DNA of 57,803 nucleotides from a virus: IMG/VR virus record IMGVR_UViG_3300045988_090863; one strand, 5' to 3'. Shown piece by piece: positions 55,609 to 57,803 of this stretch (position 1 is its first letter; each line of letters starts with the position of its first letter). The notes under the pieces were generated by a model. It saw only the letters and a program-made list of their open reading frames with translations, ran no database searches and was not told where the DNA came from. The position numbers and the translations under genes were made by a program.

Positions 55609-55769
55609 TGGAAAAGGTTTCAATAGATGATTTATTAAAGTTCTCTACATTGATAGAGAAAGAGACTTATTTCAATTTATTGGAATTAAAAATAACAGGA
55701 GCGAAGTATGTAAATGTTCCATCTGGAACACTTGAAAAGCTAAAAAGAATGAAAAAGTCAAAGAAATAA
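55608..55769 (+). CDS. Small protein (53 aa), below the ORF-track cutoff
   Basis: The ATG overlaps the upstream stop (TAATG). The ORF ends 1 nt before a good terminator hairpin. Confidence 0.4.
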   Translation: MEKVSIDDLLKFSTLIEKETYFNLLELKITGAKYVNVPSGTLEKLKRMKKSKK

Positions 55770-55794
55770 GCGGTACCCTTTGGTATCGCTTTTT
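55770..55794 (+). terminator. Rho-independent terminator of the lysogeny operon
   Basis: GCGGTACC-CTTT-GGTATCGC followed by TTTTTC. Confidence 0.7.
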
Positions 55795-55875
55795 CTTTCC
55801 CCCTACACCCCCTATCTTTATACATATACAACATTATTATAATATATATAGTATATATAGTATAGTGTTTATGCT

Positions 55876-56231
55876 TTTGCTTAAGCAAATTACAACAATG
55901 CTATATTTGATTATCAGACTATTATAAAATTTTGCTTAGGCAAATTTATTTTGCGCCTTATTTTTTGCTTAAGCAAAACAAAGATAGATTTTTACTGATT
56001 ATCAGCTAATTACGTTTTTTTGCTTAGGCAAACTGTTTTGCTTAAGCAAATTGTAATGTTCCTAATACTGATTATCAGATATTTACAAAGTTTTGCTTAA
56101 GCAAAATACATATTTTAGTTAGTGAAATTACGGTGAAATATTTTGCTTAAGCAAATTAATATATATCTATCTTTGTTTTTCAATGAGTTACATAATTTTG
56201 CTTAGGCAAATATTATTTTTGCTTAAGCAAA
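55876..56231. repeat. Array of nine 14-bp palindromes TTTGCTTA(A/G)GCAAA with three interleaved TGATTATCAG palindromes
   Basis: Palindrome starts: 55876, 55931(G), 55964, 56019(G), 56037, 56092, 56142, 56197(G), 56218. TGATTATCAG at 55908, 55996 and 56069, each exactly 32 bp after the start of a TTAA-core copy. Confidence 0.9.
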
Positions 56232-57487
56232 ACAGGCTCATCTACCTTAGACAGATCCAGTGAAAGAAGATCCAGAACTTTCCTGTTTGCCTGGTCTATA
56301 GGATCCCAGCTTTTCTTTATATATATGTCTGTTACCCTCATAGAATCATCCACATGGTTTAATGCAGTATGAACGGTATATTTGTCAACCCCTGCATCAT
56401 TCGCTGCTATTGTAGCCCAGCTATGACGAGCTGCGTAAAACTCCAGATCGTCAACACCTATCAATGCACCAATCTTTTTCAATCCCTTGTTAATGGCAGC
56501 ACTTAGTGTATCCATATTAGAATACATCTTATAAAACCTGAACACCCTTTCACCTGACGGATCTCTGTATTTTTCAATAAGAGGCTGTATCTCTGGTTCA
56601 ACTTTGATGGATATTTCAGCGTTATCTATTCTGCGCTCTTTTGTTTTGGTTCTCTGATACGTGATCCTGCCATTCTTATAATCGGTACAATTAAATAAAT
56701 CAACACCATTCATTCCTACAAGGCAAAAGCTGATCAGGAATATATCTCTTGCAAAGTTAAACCTATTGGTTCCAGGTTGCAGAATTGTAGTATAATCAAG
56801 ATCAGCGATAGCTTTAATCTGTTCAACGGTTAAAGCTCTTTTCCTGGCTGCTGGCAGCTTCGGAAAATCAATATGATTGAAAGGAGAATTTGGGATCCTT
56901 ATAATACCAGCATCCTCATCATTGAACTCTTTTTTTGCCCTGTTGTGGATAGCTCTCATCCTATTCAGGTAGTTATGTGTTGAATACCCCCTTGTTACAT
57001 TTGGCTGGCTTGCTATCCATGAAGCCCAATCCTGGAGGAACTTTGCAGTTATCTCAGAGATCATAACCTTGTCACGTCCGACAAACTTAACCAGGGAATT
57101 GATAGCACACACATAGCTGTTGGCATTTCCAGTGTGCCCTGTAGATCTCATTCTTTCTATCTCTTTCCAGGTATAAGCTACAAAGTCAAGCTCAAATTTA
57201 CCTGGTGTATCATTTGTTATAAGATCAACCACCTGCTCAATGGTCATATCCTTAAGCCTCTCACCAACACGATCACAAGCTGATCTGTATTTCCGAATCA
57301 GCCCATCCGTCAAATCTATGTATGTTTGATTTTTTATCTTAAGTGAGCGAGTAAGATCCTTTTGGGTAACATACCAAACTGTAGCCAGGTATTTCTTTTT
57401 CTTGTTATGAGTAACCCTTATCTTTATATTATAGGTACCATCTTCCTTTTTCTGGTGAGCATAAACTTCTGCTTTGAATGTAGCCAT
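56213..57487 (-). CDS. int: Tyrosine integrase (Bacteroidota phage/CTn type)
   Basis: 424 aa. C-terminal catalytic region with AARHSWAT, HTALNH and TDIYI (R..H-x-x-R..H..Y). N-terminal arm-binding-type domain. Confidence 0.9.
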   Translation of the reverse strand: MATFKAEVYAHQKKEDGTYNIKIRVTHNKKKKYLATVWYVTQKDLTRSLKIKNQTYIDLTDGLIRKYRSACDRVGERLKDMTIEQVVDLITNDTPGKFELDFVAYTWKEIERMRSTGHTGNANSYVCAINSLVKFVGRDKVMISEITAKFLQDWASWIASQPNVTRGYSTHNYLNRMRAIHNRAKKEFNDEDAGIIRIPNSPFNHIDFPKLPAARKRALTVEQIKAIADLDYTTILQPGTNRFNFARDIFLISFCLVGMNGVDLFNCTDYKNGRITYQRTKTKERRIDNAEISIKVEPEIQPLIEKYRDPSGERVFRFYKMYSNMDTLSAAINKGLKKIGALIGVDDLEFYAARHSWATIAANDAGVDKYTVHTALNHVDDSMRVTDIYIKKSWDPIDQANRKVLDLLSLDLSKVDEPVLLKQK

Positions 57488-57497
57488 ATATTTGTTT

Positions 57498-57517
57498 CTG
57501 TAGAATATTTGTAGAAC
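57498..57517 (+). repeat. Tandem direct repeats CTGTAGAAT / TTGTAGAAC, candidate integrase arm-type sites
   Basis: 11-bp spacing, same orientation and sequence as 61-80. Lies 11 nt upstream of the int ATG. Confidence 0.4.
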
Positions 57518-57556
57518 TTTTCACAGCAAATATATGTCTTTTTTGCGGTAAATGCA

Positions 57557-57592
57557 GAAAAAAGGCTCACCCTTTTTTTACAAGGATGAGCC
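57557..57592 (-). terminator. Rho-independent terminator downstream of the tRNA
   Basis: Minus strand GGCTCATCCTTG-TAAAAAA-AGGGTGAGCC followed by TTTTTTC. Confidence 0.7.
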
Positions 57593-57598
57593 ATCAGG

Positions 57599-57670
57599 TA
57601 GCTCCGAGGGGAATCGAACCCCTATCTAAAATTTAGGAAATTCTTGTTCTATCCGTTGAACTACAGAGCC
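57599..57670 (-). tRNA. tRNA-Arg(CCU): tRNA-Arg, anticodon CCU
   Basis: Hand-folded cloverleaf. Acceptor GGCTCTG/CGGAGCT (two G-U pairs), D stem GTTC/GAAC, anticodon stem AGAAT/ATTTT with loop TTCCTAA, T arm AGGGG-TTCGATT-CCCCT, discriminator A. No encoded CCA. Confidence 0.85.
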
Positions 57671-57748
57671 TTATGGAATAACCTATATTCCTATTTGTTG
57701 TTTATAACCCAATGTCAATGGAATAAATATCTATTTCGGAAACCTAAT

Positions 57749-57803
57749 GTTTAGGAAACTTATAACCTATCTTTGATTATCAGCCTTTTACAAGGGCTTT
57801 TCC
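57749..57803. repeat. Terminal direct repeat, copy 2 (identical to 1-55)
   Basis: Read directly. Confidence 0.95.

Larger units (their letters stand above)
1..57803. mobile_element. Complete temperate siphovirus-like phage genome with Bacteroidota-type signals, apparently circularly closed (unit 57,748 bp)
   Basis: All recognisable genes are phage-type (terminase, portal, MuF, capsid, tape measure, endolysin, CI/Cro, integrase, RecT). No host housekeeping genes. First 55 nt are identical to last 55 nt. Promoter boxes are of the TTTG/TAnnTTTG kind. Confidence 0.85.

Noticed and set aside
55667-55888. 73-aa minus-strand ORF in the region between the lysogeny operon and the palindrome array.
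   Set aside because: It runs antisense through the 53-aa ORF and its terminator into the AT-rich tract. The composition (IYTIYIIIMLYMY) reflects AT-rich non-coding DNA.
55876-56231. Regularly recurring short repeat, which could be mistaken for a CRISPR array.
   Set aside because: The repeat unit is only 14 bp and perfectly palindromic. Spacings are irregular (18-55 bp). There are no cas genes. Treated as a protein-binding-site array instead.

Overview
The window is a complete temperate tailed-phage genome. It appears circularly closed: the first 55 nt equal the last 55 nt, giving a non-redundant unit of 57,748 bp. Promoter signals are Bacteroidota-type (TTTG / TAnnTTTG). No host housekeeping genes are present.

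Layout:
- Late block, minus strand, 38968->32529: small and large terminase, portal, and a MuF-type head protein fused to an ADP-ribosyltransferase domain.
- Accessory island, plus strand, 24758-32495 (7.7 kb): about 19 small genes, including a MazG-like protein and an ADP-ribosylglycohydrolase. It splits the late block.
- Late block continued, minus strand, 24509->206: scaffold, capsid, head-tail joining genes, major tail, a chaperone with a -1 frameshift site, a 1782-aa tape measure, Dit- and Tal-like tail-tip proteins, a diversity-generating retroelement (DGR: target 4208-5572, TR 4021-4137, RT 2747-3877), and a lysis cassette (amidase 811-1407).
- Early block, minus strand, 53996->39069: Cro-like HTH, Rad50/SbcC-like ATPase, RecT, MBL-fold hydrolase, replication proteins, two ParB-like proteins, Dam-like methylase, DEDDh exonuclease, RuvC-like resolvase.
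- Lysogeny block: CI/S24 repressor, lipoprotein, tyrosine integrase, tRNA-Arg(CCU).

Most notable finding: the single DGR template repeat has a second, remote variable repeat (48549-48663) inside a small non-structural early gene. By hand alignment, all 11 (VR1) and all 16 (VR2) TR/VR mismatches fall on TR adenines.

Other structure the genes do not explain:
- Nine copies of the 14-bp palindrome TTTGCTTA(A/G)GCAAA, with three TGATTATCAG sites at a fixed 32-bp offset, next to int.
- A 15-17-bp palindrome (GTGTTTGATAAACAC) at six operon starts.
- attP-like tandem TTGTAGAAC repeats flanking the tRNA.
- A MuF-ART / ADP-ribosylglycohydrolase pairing.
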